This document shows positions 1 through 12,599 of a stretch of DNA of 64,000 nt, piece by piece; within the stretch, counting starts at the first letter, position 1, and every line of letters begins with the position of its first letter. A program made the position numbers and the translations under genes. This DNA is from Octopus bimaculoides (taxonomy: Eukaryota). The DNA lies in contig NC_068996.1 of the NCBI RefSeq assembly GCF_001194135.2, forward strand, positions 22,510,850 through 22,574,849. Direction: 5' to 3'. The notes beneath the pieces were generated by a model that was not told the origin of the DNA, made no database searches, and saw only the letters and a program-made list of their open reading frames with translations.

Positions 1-1399
1 CTCTCTCTAACCCATAGATTATCAATTTTAGTGTATCACATGCTTCACTTATGCTATCCACACACTCTTCTCTTCATGCACAACCTTATTGTCATTAGTT
101 CTAATCTCTTAGACTTATATATGCAGATAATACCATCAGTCATTCCTCTTTAATCTTTCCTTACAATTATAATCAACATGCAATTCATCATAGATGTGAA
201 CATGAAGGAAGATATTCTGGAAATTAAAAATTGTAAATAGTTTTTCTTACTTATTTCTAAGCAGGTTGGATGTTTGTTTTGATGGTATTACATAAACCAT
301 CCTTAGGGATAATAAGGCTTTCTTGAGGTAAAATGTGAAAAGGAATTTGTAATTTGGGATTTTGTTTCATTTCATTTTTCATGTCATAGCATTTTTGCAC
401 TTTCAGCATATACCCTATAAAACTTGATTGGTTAAAAGAATTCATTACAATTCAGTTAAACAATTGAAGTTATTTATTTAAAGGATCATTAATGAAACAC
501 TTGTGAGTTCTAAGGGAACAATAATTTATAATGGAATCTTAAGTAAGATAAATAAAGGATAATAGTTTATAATTTAGTTTGGTGGCAACAGTAGCTTTGA
601 CAGAAATTTTAGTAGAGTGTAAAAGTTAGCTTTGAGATATTGTGGCCAGATGAGCATTGAAAATTAAGTTGAAACTGATGGTGGTAGCAGTCAACATTCT
701 TCAGGCATACAGTCTAATGGCAAATAATTATAGTAATTCTTGGGCTCTCTATTGTAACCTACTCCTGCTGCTGTGAATTAGATATGTGGAAAGAAAGTCT
801 GAACTCCAAAACATATGTAACACAATCACACATGGCGGCATACGTTTTAGACATAATTGAATGGTACTGTCAGGTAGAGAAAAAAAGTTAGGGTGGTGAA
901 GATGACTTCTTAAATTGATAAACAAACAAAAGATATTACAAGATGATTTTTGTTATTGTTGTTGCATAGGTTCTTCAGGTCTAATTAGTTAAATTTATAT
1001 TATAAAATATGCGAAGAGAATATTTTGTGGTGATCTACTATGATAAACTATAGATTCACACTCCATTATTGATACATAAGCTAATATACAGAAGACTTAA
1101 AACTAAGCAATATTGATAAGCTTTAGGTGAAGGGATATAAACTACCATGACAAGCATTTCAGAAGCTAGTATCATCTACTACAGCCCCAGGCTGACTTTT
1201 GCCTTATGAGTGGATTTGCTAGATTGAAATTGTCATAAATGTGTGTGTGCATGCATGTGCTTCCATGCTTGTGTTTGCATGACTATTGATATTCCATTTC
1301 TTTGCTTGACTCTACTTGAGTGAATTGGTTCAAAACTTTTATAAATTTGTTAGAAAGTAAAGAATCTCAAAATTATTTACTGTACAAGTAATGATTCAT

Positions 1400-1830
1400 T
1401 TAGTGCAGCTGTGGTTGAGAAGTTTGTTCCCAACCACATGGTTTCAGATTCAGTCCCATGTGTGGCACATTGGGCAAGTATCTTCTATAGCCGTGGGCCA
1501 ACTGAAGCCTAAAGAGTGAATCTTCTAGAAAGAAACTGAAACAAGACCACCGTGTGCATGTGTGTGTAAATGTCTGTGTGTATGTATGTGTCTCTTTGCT
1601 TTGATATCACATGATAGTTGTAAATGAGTGACACTATTGTGCAAACAATGTTATTCATTTCCAATATTCTGTGAAAATATGTCTGACCATGGGGAAATAT
1701 CACCTTGCTTAGAAACAGGTAAGAGTTGGCAAAGGAAGGCCAACAAACTGCAGAAAATCTGCCTCAATAAACTTTGTCGGATCCATGCTAGCATGGAAAA
1801 GTGGACATTAAAACAATGATGCACACATAC
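1400..1830 (+). mobile_element. Old tRNA-derived SINE (family-A head, (TG)n spacer, RTE-like 3' tail)
   Basis: Head ..cccaaccacatggtttcagattcagtccc..ttgggcaagt; tail ccatgctagcatggaaaagtggacattaaaacaatgatg, shared with RTE fragments. Confidence 0.75.
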
Positions 1831-1835
1831 TGTAT

Positions 1836-2205
1836 AGGCACAGGCATGGCTATGTGATAAGAAGTTTCCTTCCCAACCACATAGTTCTGAGTTTTGTCCC
1901 ATTGCATGGCGCCTTGTTCAAGTGTCTTCCACTTAAGCCTCAGGCCAACCAAAACCTTGTGAGCGGGTTTGATAGACGGAAACTGAAAGAAGCTTATTTT
2001 TGTGTGTGTGTCTTTGTGTTTGTCCCCCATCCACTGTTTGACAACTGGTGTTGGTGTGTTTAAATTCCTGTAACTTTGCAGTTTGACAAAAGAGAGTGAT
2101 AGAATAAGCACTAGTACTGGGGGGGTTGATTCATTAGACTAAAATTCTTTGAGGCGGGCCCCAGCATGGCCTGAGTCTAATGACTGAAACAAGTAAAAGA
2201 AAAGA
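1836..2205 (+). mobile_element. tRNA-derived SINE, family A (diverged copy)
   Basis: Collinear with the young copies at 7669 and 30167; ends tgactgaaacaagtaaaag. Confidence 0.85.
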
Positions 2206-2647
2206 AGAAAAATTTTCCTAATAAGTATCATTTCGGGATTGTCCAAAATATTTTTCTCATCATCTCGATATCAACATATGCTTCTTATATTTTATTTCCT
2301 AACCTGTTCATACCAATGAACACCATCACTTCTTGAAACAATTTCTGTTTAGCATGTATTTATATAAATATTAATCTTGTGTAAAATAAAATTTTCATCT
2401 AAATTGGATTTTTAAATAATTCACAATCATCTGAAAATTATATTTTAAATATTTTCCTCTAACTTTTAATATTTTGTAGTTTTTATACTTCTTTTGGTCA
2501 CTTTTCCTATTTGTTGAACTTGATGAGAACCATCTTCATTTTTATTACTTCTGATGCTATTATTTCAACTGTTTTTATTAGCATATGTGATAAAGGCCTA
2601 AGACCTAATTTGTATTTTGACTCTACTCTAGTTTCAATTAGTTTATA

Positions 2648-3045
2648 TCATCATTTTAATGTCCACTGTTTCATGCTTCCATGGATCAGATGGGATTCAA
2701 TGAGTCAGATTTTTTCACAACCAGATGCCCTTCACTTGTTTCCAAGCAAGGAAATATTTTCCCATGATTAGACATGTATATATTCATAGAAAATTGGAAA
2801 TGAATGATACTGCTTGTATAACAGTGACACCCATTTACACCGATCACATGATGTCAAGTCAGAGAGACACACACACACACATACATGTGTATACATACAT
2901 GTGTATACATACATGCACATGACAGGTTTCTTTCAGTTTCCAAAACCAAATCCATTCACAAGGCTCAGGACTATAGAACACACCTTTCACAAGGTATCAT
3001 GTTGTGGGACCTGAAACCATGTGGTTGGGAAGCAAGAGCTTAACT
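2648..3045 (-). mobile_element. SINE (family-A head with RTE-like tail), antisense copy
   Basis: Reverse-complement homolog of 1400-1830: tail catcattttaatgtccac.., head ..gaaaccatgtggttgggaagc. Confidence 0.75.
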
Positions 3046-6000
3046 TATGCTCATTAATTGTGGATATCATTCTTATATACCATTTTAAAATTGATTGCAT
3101 AATTTTGCTTTTTTTGTCATTTCTGCCATAATCTGTTAAAAATTTCATTAGTATTTCCTTCAAATTCTGAAGTGCTTTTTGCCTAACAAAATTTATATTA
3201 TTCGATGCTAAAGGATAATCAAATTATTGAATAGAAACTCATCTTCTTTTTACAATACTTTTTTAATTTTTTTTTTTTTTTTTTCATTGAGAATGTGTCA
3301 TGATAGAAAAATATGCTGGTCAAGATTTAAAAAGATGTGAAATGCTCATGCAACATGTAAAAGAATTTTGAAGCAATATAGACATATGGTTAGGATTGCT
3401 GTTTGGCAGTAATTGGAGTAAAGCAAGGTTACAAAGATTATTGGGATTGATCTAACACCTGCCTACCACCCAAAATATTTTAGATTTGATACATCAGAGA
3501 ATATGATTTAAGCCCATTAAACTATCCTACCAGAGTTAAGTATAAAAATGTTAATGATGATGATGTTAAAGTGACATTGATTTAAACAAAAATCTTTTTT
3601 TATAGAATTACCTGACAAATTACCTAAATTTAATAGAAAATCAGAGGAATGTGTGTTGTTTTTGCTGGGATATTTTCTTTATTTCAGTTATTAATAAAGC
3701 TGCAAACCTCTCAAATAAATAACTATACCACATAACATAAGATCTGCAGCATTGACATTTTGCTAGTATATCAAATTCTTTTATTGATTATTTGTATTAG
3801 CTTAGCACATGCCATAGCTTTTTGTCTAGTGCTGTTGTGCGGCATGTGATTGCTAAGGCTTCTAGCTTTATTTGCCAACTTGTTTGATTCAAATAAACAA
3901 GGCCAAATGTATAAATCCTTTTTACTAGTAACCTCCGACAGTCAAGATTTCTTTCTATTTATTACAATGATATGATAATTTGTTACTATAAAGCAACTTA
4001 GTAGCTACTTTAGCATAGTTAACTTGTGAACATTCTTGAATCATCGTGCTTATTCAGAGTGTACTGGTATATCTATATACCAAAATATTTTCTGATTCAC
4101 TTCCAAACTTTGCACACTTTTTATTAGTAAAATGTATATATAGAAATTATCTGTTTAAAATCATATATTTCTGACTGTCCTGTTGTATCCCATAGTTGCT
4201 TTTCATATACATTAACTTACTTGATAAATGTTGGGTTGTGAGACTGTTACCATGTAACTGCTGCCTGTATAATATTTACAGCTGTCTGTTATATTTCACT
4301 TTATTCCCGAGTTAAGGAAGATTTAAAGTGGAATAGAATGTTCGTAGCATATATTCCTTTTTATTTTCTATCTTGGACATGTGGATTCCTAAAATCTCTC
4401 TCTCTATTATCTCTGTACATGTGTGTGTTTATATATATATATATATATATATATGATGATATATATATTATATATATAGTTCATTGTCCTGTGTAATAGG
4501 ATTGTCTATAACATTCTTATATCCTATGACTTTATACTATTAGCTAGAAATAGGTTATTATTGTCGTAGCTTAATAGTAATAAAATGTTGTTGTTTTTTT
4601 TATGCATCAACTTTTGAGTATGTTTATTCCTTAACTTTTAAATACATGATATTTTAAGCAAGACTAATAATTTTCATTTATTTTAAAAACACTGTTTATT
4701 AATTTAAGACATTTTCAACAGCTCATAAGTATGTTCTCTATGTAATATACCAAAGCAGATTATTTTTTTTTTAATTGACCTAATTTTGTTTTTAATGGGC
4801 AGGACATTCCGTAACCTTTTCAATGTTCCATGACAGTTAGCTTTAAGTTGGATTAAAAATTAAAAAGTAGTTGTCGCAGTACGAAACAAAACAACAACAA
4901 AAAAAATTAATAAAGCTTAGCATTATATGTTGCTATATATAGCCAGTTTATTTGGGTTTGTTTTTTTCTTTCTTTTTTTTTTTTATTTCAAGATAACATT
5001 TCAATGTGAAGTCTGTTAAAATGATTAAATGGTTGAAATATAAACTAAAAATAAAACACAAGAAGAAAAATTCTGATGTTCCCTCTGTAAATGCTAAGGA
5101 ATAAAGAGTTTTTTTGTTTTCATATTAGGTAATATTAATGTGACTCAAACCTGCTTAACTTAATATAAATAGCTGAATATAGGATTGAGAAAATGTAGAA
5201 TATTATGAAAAGTAGTTAAAAGAAATGTTTGCTTTTGCCTCCCTCCTATATTAATAATATAGGAGGGAGGTATTCATTGATTATTTTAGGCAGAACTAAT
5301 TGAAGATTAACACATATTATAAGATTCATGTAATGGCTCTATTTCTTTTGCAATTTCCATTTTTTATTAGTCTGTAACATAGTAGTTTGTCCTTGGGGAT
5401 GTCATTAAGACCACTTTTGCTACTTAAAAGCTGTCAGGGTTAGATGTACACACATGGCTTTCGATATTTCTATGGTAACAGCAGACTTGTGATAGTAGGT
5501 ACTTCAGGAGGCCGGTTAAATTTACTTTGTTATTCTAATTATATAGCAGCATTTATCAAATCTTATTTCATAAATCTTAATAAAAATTATGTATATTTAA
5601 TGTATACATGATATGATTTTCTAAAGTGTGGCCATGCTATTTTCTGCATTTTACAACAATTTTATACAGTATTGATTGGACAGTTCTGCAAATTTGGATA
5701 ATTATTTAAATTGCTGCAGATGGTATATAAAGAGTACTTTGATAATGTTATTTATTCATGTAAGTGAACTGTTATGTTAGTCATGCCAGACAAAATGAAC
5801 ATATAGTTATCTACATTCTCAGTTCAAATCCAGTTAATGTTGCCTTTGCTTTACATTATTCAAGGATACATTAAATTGACTTTATCTCTTCCCTAAAATA
5901 TTTGTGACATTGTATCATTATATTTAATAATAATAATTACAGCCACAATATTCATAGAAATCATTATGACAATAGAATGAAAGAAATGTTAAAACAATGA

Positions 6001-7079
6001 ACAAAATGCATTACAGCCTGATGACAGCCAGTAATCCAAAACTTCAAAGTCAGTGTCACTCTTTGAAAATCAATAAATATGTACTCTAAAAGTACTGAGT
6101 GACCCTTCGATTTAATGTTAAATTCTTTTTATCTATAACTTTGCATAAAAACACACACTTACACACACACAAAGCAGGTCTTGTGCAATGTAAGTAACAA
6201 ATGCTTGATTGTGTATAAATGTTCGTTGTTCCTGAGCTGTAGACGCATTGATGTAAGAGCAAACTTTTGTGTTTGGAGTCGCAGTCCCACTGGCATACAA
6301 GCATTTAAAGTGGAAGCCACATAAATTTAAACCTGTAATATTTATTTTATATATTCAAATATACATAAGAGAATTCAGTCCTGCCATATTTCAGTCTGTT
6401 CACATTGCTCAGAAGCATTCTTTCTCTATTCATAATCAGCTCTGCTGCCAGGAAAATTCTCAATACATTCTGGTGGATTTGAACATGAATATGTTGATTG
6501 CTGTTGTAGTTTGTCATTGGAGAACTTTTTGAGTGTTCATAACACACACAATTCATTGGTGTAAGAGAGCTTTGAGACACAACAGTGTTTCAATCTTATT
6601 GAGGATCTCTTCACTCAAAGCTACCCCTGGACCAGTACGTCTAACAAGAGTATTGACTCTTGTTTATAGAAATCAACAAACAAATTATTTGCTCATATAT
6701 GCTAGATTGGTAATACTTCATGAAGTGCAATGCTAAACATCAGAAATCCAAACAATAATGTATTTATTCACTCTAACATGTTCAGACAAATTCAAAAGTG
6801 AATATGCTGATTGCTATTGTATTGCATCATTTGTGGACATCTTCCGTTAGATGATGTATGTCCTTAACATGCAGTTTCATTTAAGTAAGGGGCTTTGAAA
6901 CATTGCAATGTCTTGATAAGATACAGGAGCATTCTAGTCCTTTTTAACATGACTGCATGATTAAAAAGATTATTATTATATACACTTGACCATTGTAACT
7001 TCTGAGAAAAACATTAATTTTTTTCATATTTTCAAAATTCCTAAAGAATTATATATATATATATACATATATATATATG

Positions 7080-7280
7080 ATGCCAGTGCCACCTGACTGG
7101 CACCTGCTCCAGTGGCACGTAAAAAGCACCCACTACACTCTCGGAGTGGTTGGCATTAGGAAAAACATTTGGCTGTAGAAACCTTGCCCAATCAGATTGG
7201 AGCGGAGTGCAGCCTCCCAGTTTGCCAGTCTTCATCAAATTGTCCAACCCATGCCAGCATGGAAAGTGGATGTTAAACAA

Positions 7281-7283
<3 letters not shown>
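7080..7283 (+). mobile_element. 3'-end fragment of an RTE-type LINE (or derived SINE) inside a (TA)n tract
   Basis: aaagcacccactacactctcggagtggttggcattagg..ccaacccatgccagcatggaaagtggatgttaaac; same 3' end as the RTE copy at 55150-56525; (TA)n on both sides. Confidence 0.8.
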
Positions 7284-7328
<45 letters not shown>

Positions 7329-7380
7329 TTGTTTTGCAAGATTCCTGATGTGAAATCTTGTGTTGAAACAGATATTGTTT

Positions 7381-7664
7381 TATTTGGGGATGGTCATATT
7401 TTTGGTAATTAACCACACGCACTATATACATGTTCTTTACTTCAGCTTTATTTTTATTTTAGTGTCCTTTGTCTGAAATCTTTCATCACACATTTTGTGG
7501 CACATCCTAACACCTTCATCGACTTTCCACCCAACGTGGGATGGAGAGTCACTGAAGAGGTCACAGGACGTGTAATGGAAGATTTCAGGTAAAGAACACT
7601 AAAATAAAAATAATAATAATAAAGCTGAAGTGTTAATTGGTAAAAGTAAGACCATCCCCAAATA
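7381..7664. mobile_element. MITE-like element with 15-bp terminal inverted repeats
   Basis: TATTTGGGGATGGTC (7381-7395) and its reverse complement GACCATCCCCAAATA (7650-7664); the internal gtcactgaagaggtca motif recurs near 54848. Confidence 0.5.
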
Positions 7665-7668
7665 TAAT

Positions 7669-8023
7669 TGGCTGTGTGGTAAGTAGCTTGCTTACCAACC
7701 ACATGGTTCCGGGTTCATTCCCACTGCGTGGCACCTTGGGCAAGTGTCTTCTACTATAGCCTCGGGCCGACCAAAGCCTTGTGAGTGGATTTGGTAGACG
7801 GAAACTGAAAGAAGCCTGTCGTATATATGTATATATATATGTGTATGTGTGTCTGTGTTTGTCTCCCCAACATCGCTTGACAACCGATAGTGGTGTGTTT
7901 ACGTCCCTGTAACTTAGCGGTTCGGCAAAAAGAGACCGATAGACCAAGTACTAGGCATCCAAAGAATAAGTCCTGGGGTCGATTTACTTGACTAAAGGCG
8001 GTGCTCCAGCATGGCCACAGTCA
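7669..8023 (+). mobile_element. Young tRNA-derived SINE, family A (runs into a gap)
   Basis: A-box-like TGGCTGTGTGG, B-box-like GGTTCATTCCC, CORE-like accttgggcaagtgtctt, central (TA)/(TG) tract; CpG-rich and near-identical to 30167-30512. Confidence 0.9.
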
Positions 8024-8303
8024 NNNNNNNNNNNNNNNNNNNNNNNNNNNNNNNNNNNNNNNNNNNNNNNNNNNNNNNNNNNNNNNNNNNNNNNNNNNNN
8101 NNNNNNNNNNNNNNNNNNNNNNNNNNNNNNNNNNNNNNNNNNNNNNNNNNNNNNNNNNNNNNNNNNNNNNNNNNNNNNNNNNNNNNNNNNNNNNNTATAT
8201 ATATAAAATATTCATTTTGTCTAAAAATTTGTTTCTTTGCATTTAGCCAGCAATAATATCCCAATTTAATTAAGTTGCTGCAGTAAGAATTTGTTATATA
8301 GAA

Positions 8304-8449
8304 CAGTGGTTCCCAACCTGTGGTCTGCAAAGTAGTACTGGGGGTTTGTGAACATGTTAAGCTGACAAACCTTTCAATATCTTGAAGCCCATCGGAAAAC
8401 TCATTTAAATAAAAGGGGTCCTTGGTAGTGAAAAGGTTGGGAACCACTG
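8304..8449. mobile_element. hAT-superfamily (Charlie-like) MITE, 146 bp
   Basis: Perfect 16-bp TIRs CAGTGGTTCCCAACCT (8304-8319) / AGGTTGGGAACCACTG (8434-8449) and a perfect 8-bp target-site duplication ATATAGAA (8296-8303, 8450-8457). Confidence 0.92.
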
Positions 8450-9408
8450 ATATAGAATTTAGCCAGAAGATATGTGAAGTGATTTAGTCAGATTTAAGTA
8501 TGTTGGCCCTTGCAGATGAGTTAACACAGAGTGGTAGAATCCTGTTGAAACAATCAGCATAAAATTATGATGGTGATAGTGCTTCCTCTTCTATAAATTT
8601 GTTTTTATATTTGTTCAAAACAAATCATTTATGACAGTGTTTCAGAAAATTTTTTTGTCTGACCTCAAACAAGGAGTTTTAAAAGAAAAAAATATAGTCT
8701 ATTTGTTTGAATATTCATGTTTTGACTTCTGTCTTAGTGTATATGTAAGCAGTCCTGCTGTACAGATATTGCATGTGTACAAAATAGGGATTAAAAAAAA
8801 AAAAATAATTAGAACATAATTAGAATTTTCAATTATCTATCTCTGGCCCACATAACTTTGGAATAGGCGGTGGTAGTAGGGTGCTAAATTTTTGTTGCAT
8901 TACTATCACAAGATAAGATCTTAATTTTATTTTGTATATACCTGTAACCTTGTCCTAAAGAAGAAATAGTACATAAATAATATAGTCAAATAGTTTTAAG
9001 TACAATGACCTTACTCTGTAAGTAAAGACAAATGTAATTAGAAGCTTGTACTGAATTAATGTAAATGTACTTAAAGAGGTGATTAACAATAGTTGTCGAT
9101 AATGCTAACTATAGTTATAGTAAGATTGCAATGAAAGTTGCATGTCAATAGTTCAGAAGGTACCAATTGGTTGGGAAGAGTTTTTTTTTTTGTATATTTC
9201 TATGAAAAGATAATATTACTCGCATTGGCTATTCTTTTTCTATTTTTAGTTGCATGTAATTAATTTATAGTTTTTGAGTTTGTTATAAATTCTTATGACT
9301 TAAAATGAATGTAATTATATCCATACTTGAATTTTAAAAGAAAAATGGTTTTTTAATGGTACTGATTTTCCTAATGCATCCTTTTATAATGGAGATGTGT
9401 GTAATTTA

Positions 9409-9469
9409 ATTAATAATACTAGCTGAATATTTCTATTCAGTTAGTATTATTAATAATACTAACTGAATA
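9409..9469 (+). repeat. Direct-inverted-direct 19-bp triplet including a perfect 36-bp palindrome and the probable branch point
   Basis: TAATAATACTAGCTGAATA (9411-9429), its reverse complement (9434-9452) and TAATAATACTAACTGAATA (9451-9469); 9434-9469 is a perfect palindrome; TACTAAC at 9457-9463. Confidence 0.9.
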
Positions 9470-9490
9470 TTTTTTACTTTTCCTTGACAG

Positions 9491-9648
9491 CTCATGAAGA
9501 TGAGTTTCGGGATGATGACTTCAGAGCTCCACTGTACAAAAATGTCGAAATTAAAGGTATTACTATGCGAATGAAATGGTGTACCACATGTCAGTTTTAC
9601 AGGCCACCCAGGTGCTCTCATTGTAGTGTTTGTAATAATTGTATAGAG
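9491..9648 (+). CDS. ZDHHC8: Internal coding exon of a ZDHHC5/8-type palmitoyltransferase; N-terminal half of the DHHC cysteine-rich domain
   Basis: Acceptor ttccttgacAG|, donor GAG|gtaagt. Encodes (A)[52 protein letters not shown], matching the ZDHHC5/8 signature [32 protein letters not shown]. Starts phase 1, ends phase 0. Confidence 0.97.
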
Positions 9649-12159
9649 GTAAGTGCCTTGTATTAAAATTAGTAAATATCAAGCTTCTTTTTTAATAAAT
9701 TTTTACAATTTAAAATCTAACAAAAACAGTAATCAGCTTTCTTCCATATTATAAACTAGTTGCTTTGCAATACTAATTACTTTATATTAAGAACTATTTC
9801 CTAATTAGAATATCTTAGCTGACCATCAAAAGGAATAAATTAAATTAATGACAGATGATGAAAGTGGTAGTTGTATTATGGCTACAGTTTATTTGATGTG
9901 TTTATAGGATATAGACATGGGAATTCTTTAGAACTTTCAGGTTTGTAGGTTTTGTCCATCAAGAATTCTGACCTGTTTTTTAGTAAACCTGCATGTTCCT
10001 ATGAGAATATAATATATTCAGAGATATAGGCTGCTTTCTTTCAACCTAAAAGTTCATTCAAAATGATGTGACCTGACGTAGCTTGTCAAAACACTCAGCT
10101 TCAATCACCTGCATCTTGTTAGTCATAACAGGATTATCAATTGTAAAACATTGACTTCATGTTTTGTTTCAGCTAAGGATTCTCACATGAACTAAAAGGC
10201 ATTCAATTGAACTGACTTTGTGAAGTTACAGGGTTTAAACTAAATTCATTTTTTCATTGTGCAATAGATATGACCCTGTCTTTGTTTCTTGATGGTAAAT
10301 GAAGATTAATATTTTTATATTTCTCTTCTCTGATGGTAATCAATTACATAACTATTTTCTTAATATACGATTGAGAAAATTGATATGTACAGTAGCTTAA
10401 ATATTAAATAAACAATAATTCTGTAGTTTTGGACTAACCATAGTTCTTCCCAGTTATTATTATTAAACTATGATTATTCAAAGAATATATCTTGATGTAC
10501 TGAATGCATTCAAAAGAATATTAACTTAAAGAGCTTGCCTTATTTTCTGTGCATACCCATCATTCAATGCCAATACTTACAATCGAGACATAAATGTATA
10601 AGCTCTTTACATATTTAAATAAAAATATATTTTAAGGCTTGATATTTAATTCACATTTCATGATTTGTATAAATTGTGTAACCAATCCTATACACACACA
10701 CGCACATATTAGAGAGAGGGAGAAAGATGGATATATGCTTTTTTTTTTTGCCCTTTTGCTTTCTACCCATTTTCATTGAAATTTTCTTATGTATATTCTG
10801 TAAACGCTTGCATGTACGTACTTCCATGAGATTGTGCTGAGAAAGGATTGTAATCAACTCCATGGTTGATTTCAATAAGTAGGGAGGATACCTGGTTGTA
10901 AAACAATTCCTTTTACAAAATGCAAACACTTTTATTTGTAAAAACTATTCCATGCAAACCAGCTTGTTAAATGGAGTGGGGGAACCAATAATGAGATTGT
11001 GGATCATTCTAATATGAAAAACTGATGCTATGTGAATTGAAGCAAAGTCATAATATAATGCTTTTAGTGAAATTTTAATCTATAAAGTAAATCTTTTGTG
11101 TCTGGCACGTTAACCCATTGTTAAATATCTACATACATAATAAAAATGCTATAGTATGTCTACAAGATAAATATAGTCTCACTCTAAGCAGTTTGTTGCC
11201 ATTATACCTAACAAATATAGGGTATATAATTTGAGTGAGAAAGAGAAAGAGGCTAGGTTAATTGTTGCTCAAGTTTAATTCACTGTAAATAACAAAACTA
11301 TATGTTGCCTGGTAACAGCAAATCTTTGTTGGTATGGTTCTCTTATATTCCATTTTCAACTGGAAATATTTCTATTGCAATAGAAGAAAGAAATTTATTT
11401 TGAGATTAACTCTGACAGAAACATGAGTAAAAGAATAGATATAAAGGAAACTACATCCTGTGTATTGAAGACTAATGTCTTTATACTTTGTTAAAGATAT
11501 GTATATGAGTGATATAAGCTACCCTAGATATATCATGATTTTACTAATTAAGTGTATGTGAAATGAATTATGTGTGGAAAATATTTCTAAATAATCTTAT
11601 TATTACTATACATATGTCAGATATATAATTACAGTAACATATTGTGATATACCTACACAATTTCTTATAGTGCACTGGTCAGTAAATGTTTTCTGTTTTT
11701 AATGAATGATTTAATGACCTATTGTTGAGAAAGGCTATTGTGAAGGCTACTTGTAGCCTTCACAATTCCAGCCACTCCTCATTCTGTCTTTGGCTTTCTC
11801 TCTAGATGTCACTAGTTATTTTCAAGACATGCAATGTAAGAAGAATCAAAGTAAGCTATTATAATGCATTTCAAGCAAAGCATTAATTGAATTAGCTTTA
11901 CAATTGTTGGCTGTAGCAGGATTTCATTTCCCTCAAATATGTTGAAAAGCACAATGTAGTCTTTAGTCATTTTCTTTCATACACCCATACACTTCTAGTA
12001 TTTTGTAGAGATTTCTTACTTACATCATACATAAGCATTTTACAGCTTCTTATATATCATTATTCCAAATATGGAGAATGTTCATATTCTGAATTTTTCA
12101 GTCAAATATCATAGATTCAGACACTCAGATATTTTGTCTCTTATATACATCAGTGTGCA

Positions 12160-12580
12160 TTTTTTATCATCCACTTTTCCATGCTTGCATGGATCAGATG
12201 GAACTGAGGCGGATTTTTTTTACAGCCGGATGTCCTGTTGACAACACTTGCCTATTCAACAAGCAAGGTAATATTTCCTCATAGCTAGACATGTTTTCAT
12301 GGTAGATTGGAATGAAATAAAACTACTTGTGATGCTGAGGCTCCTTTGTAACTATTGCATAATGTCACGACCAGGAGACACATTCACATACACAAACACA
12401 TACATGCACACATTTATACTTTCTTTTGTTGTTGTTTTTTTCTGTTTCTATTTCTGTCAAGCAATTACAAGGCATTAGTCAGCCTGAAGCTACAGTAGAA
12501 GACACTTGTCCAAAGTGCCACATAGAACGATTAAACACAAAACCATGTGGTTGGAAAGCAAACTTCTCAACCACACAGTT
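12160..12580 (-). mobile_element. Old SINE (family-A head with RTE-like tail)
   Basis: Tail atccacttttccatgcttgcatgg; head gaagacacttgtccaaagtgccac..aaccatgtggttggaaagc. Confidence 0.7.
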
Positions 12581-12599
12581 GTAATTGTGCTACTATATA

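Noticed and set aside
6405-6870. Diverged direct repeat (gaatatg(t/c)tgattgct near 6487 and 6800)
   Set aside because: Short and low identity; no termini, ORF or family assignment could be supported.
7669-7740. tRNA-like sequences with A/B boxes (also 15655, 30167, 54690-54746)
   Set aside because: No complete cloverleaf, and they continue into multicopy SINE bodies; these are SINE heads, not tRNA genes.
1-9490. Searched for the N-terminal ZDHHC5/8 exons (TM1-TM2, ATFMDPG..PR)
   Set aside because: No matching sequence found; these exons likely lie upstream of the window, or possibly in the small gap at 8024-8195.
9478-9499. TTTCCTTGAC resembles a U12 branch site with a possible AG at 9498-9499
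   Set aside because: The acceptor at 9490 gives exact length collinearity with human A-DEDEDKEDD-FRAP, and a U2 TACTAAC plus T-tract lies upstream. The downstream AG is in the same phase, so minor use cannot be excluded.
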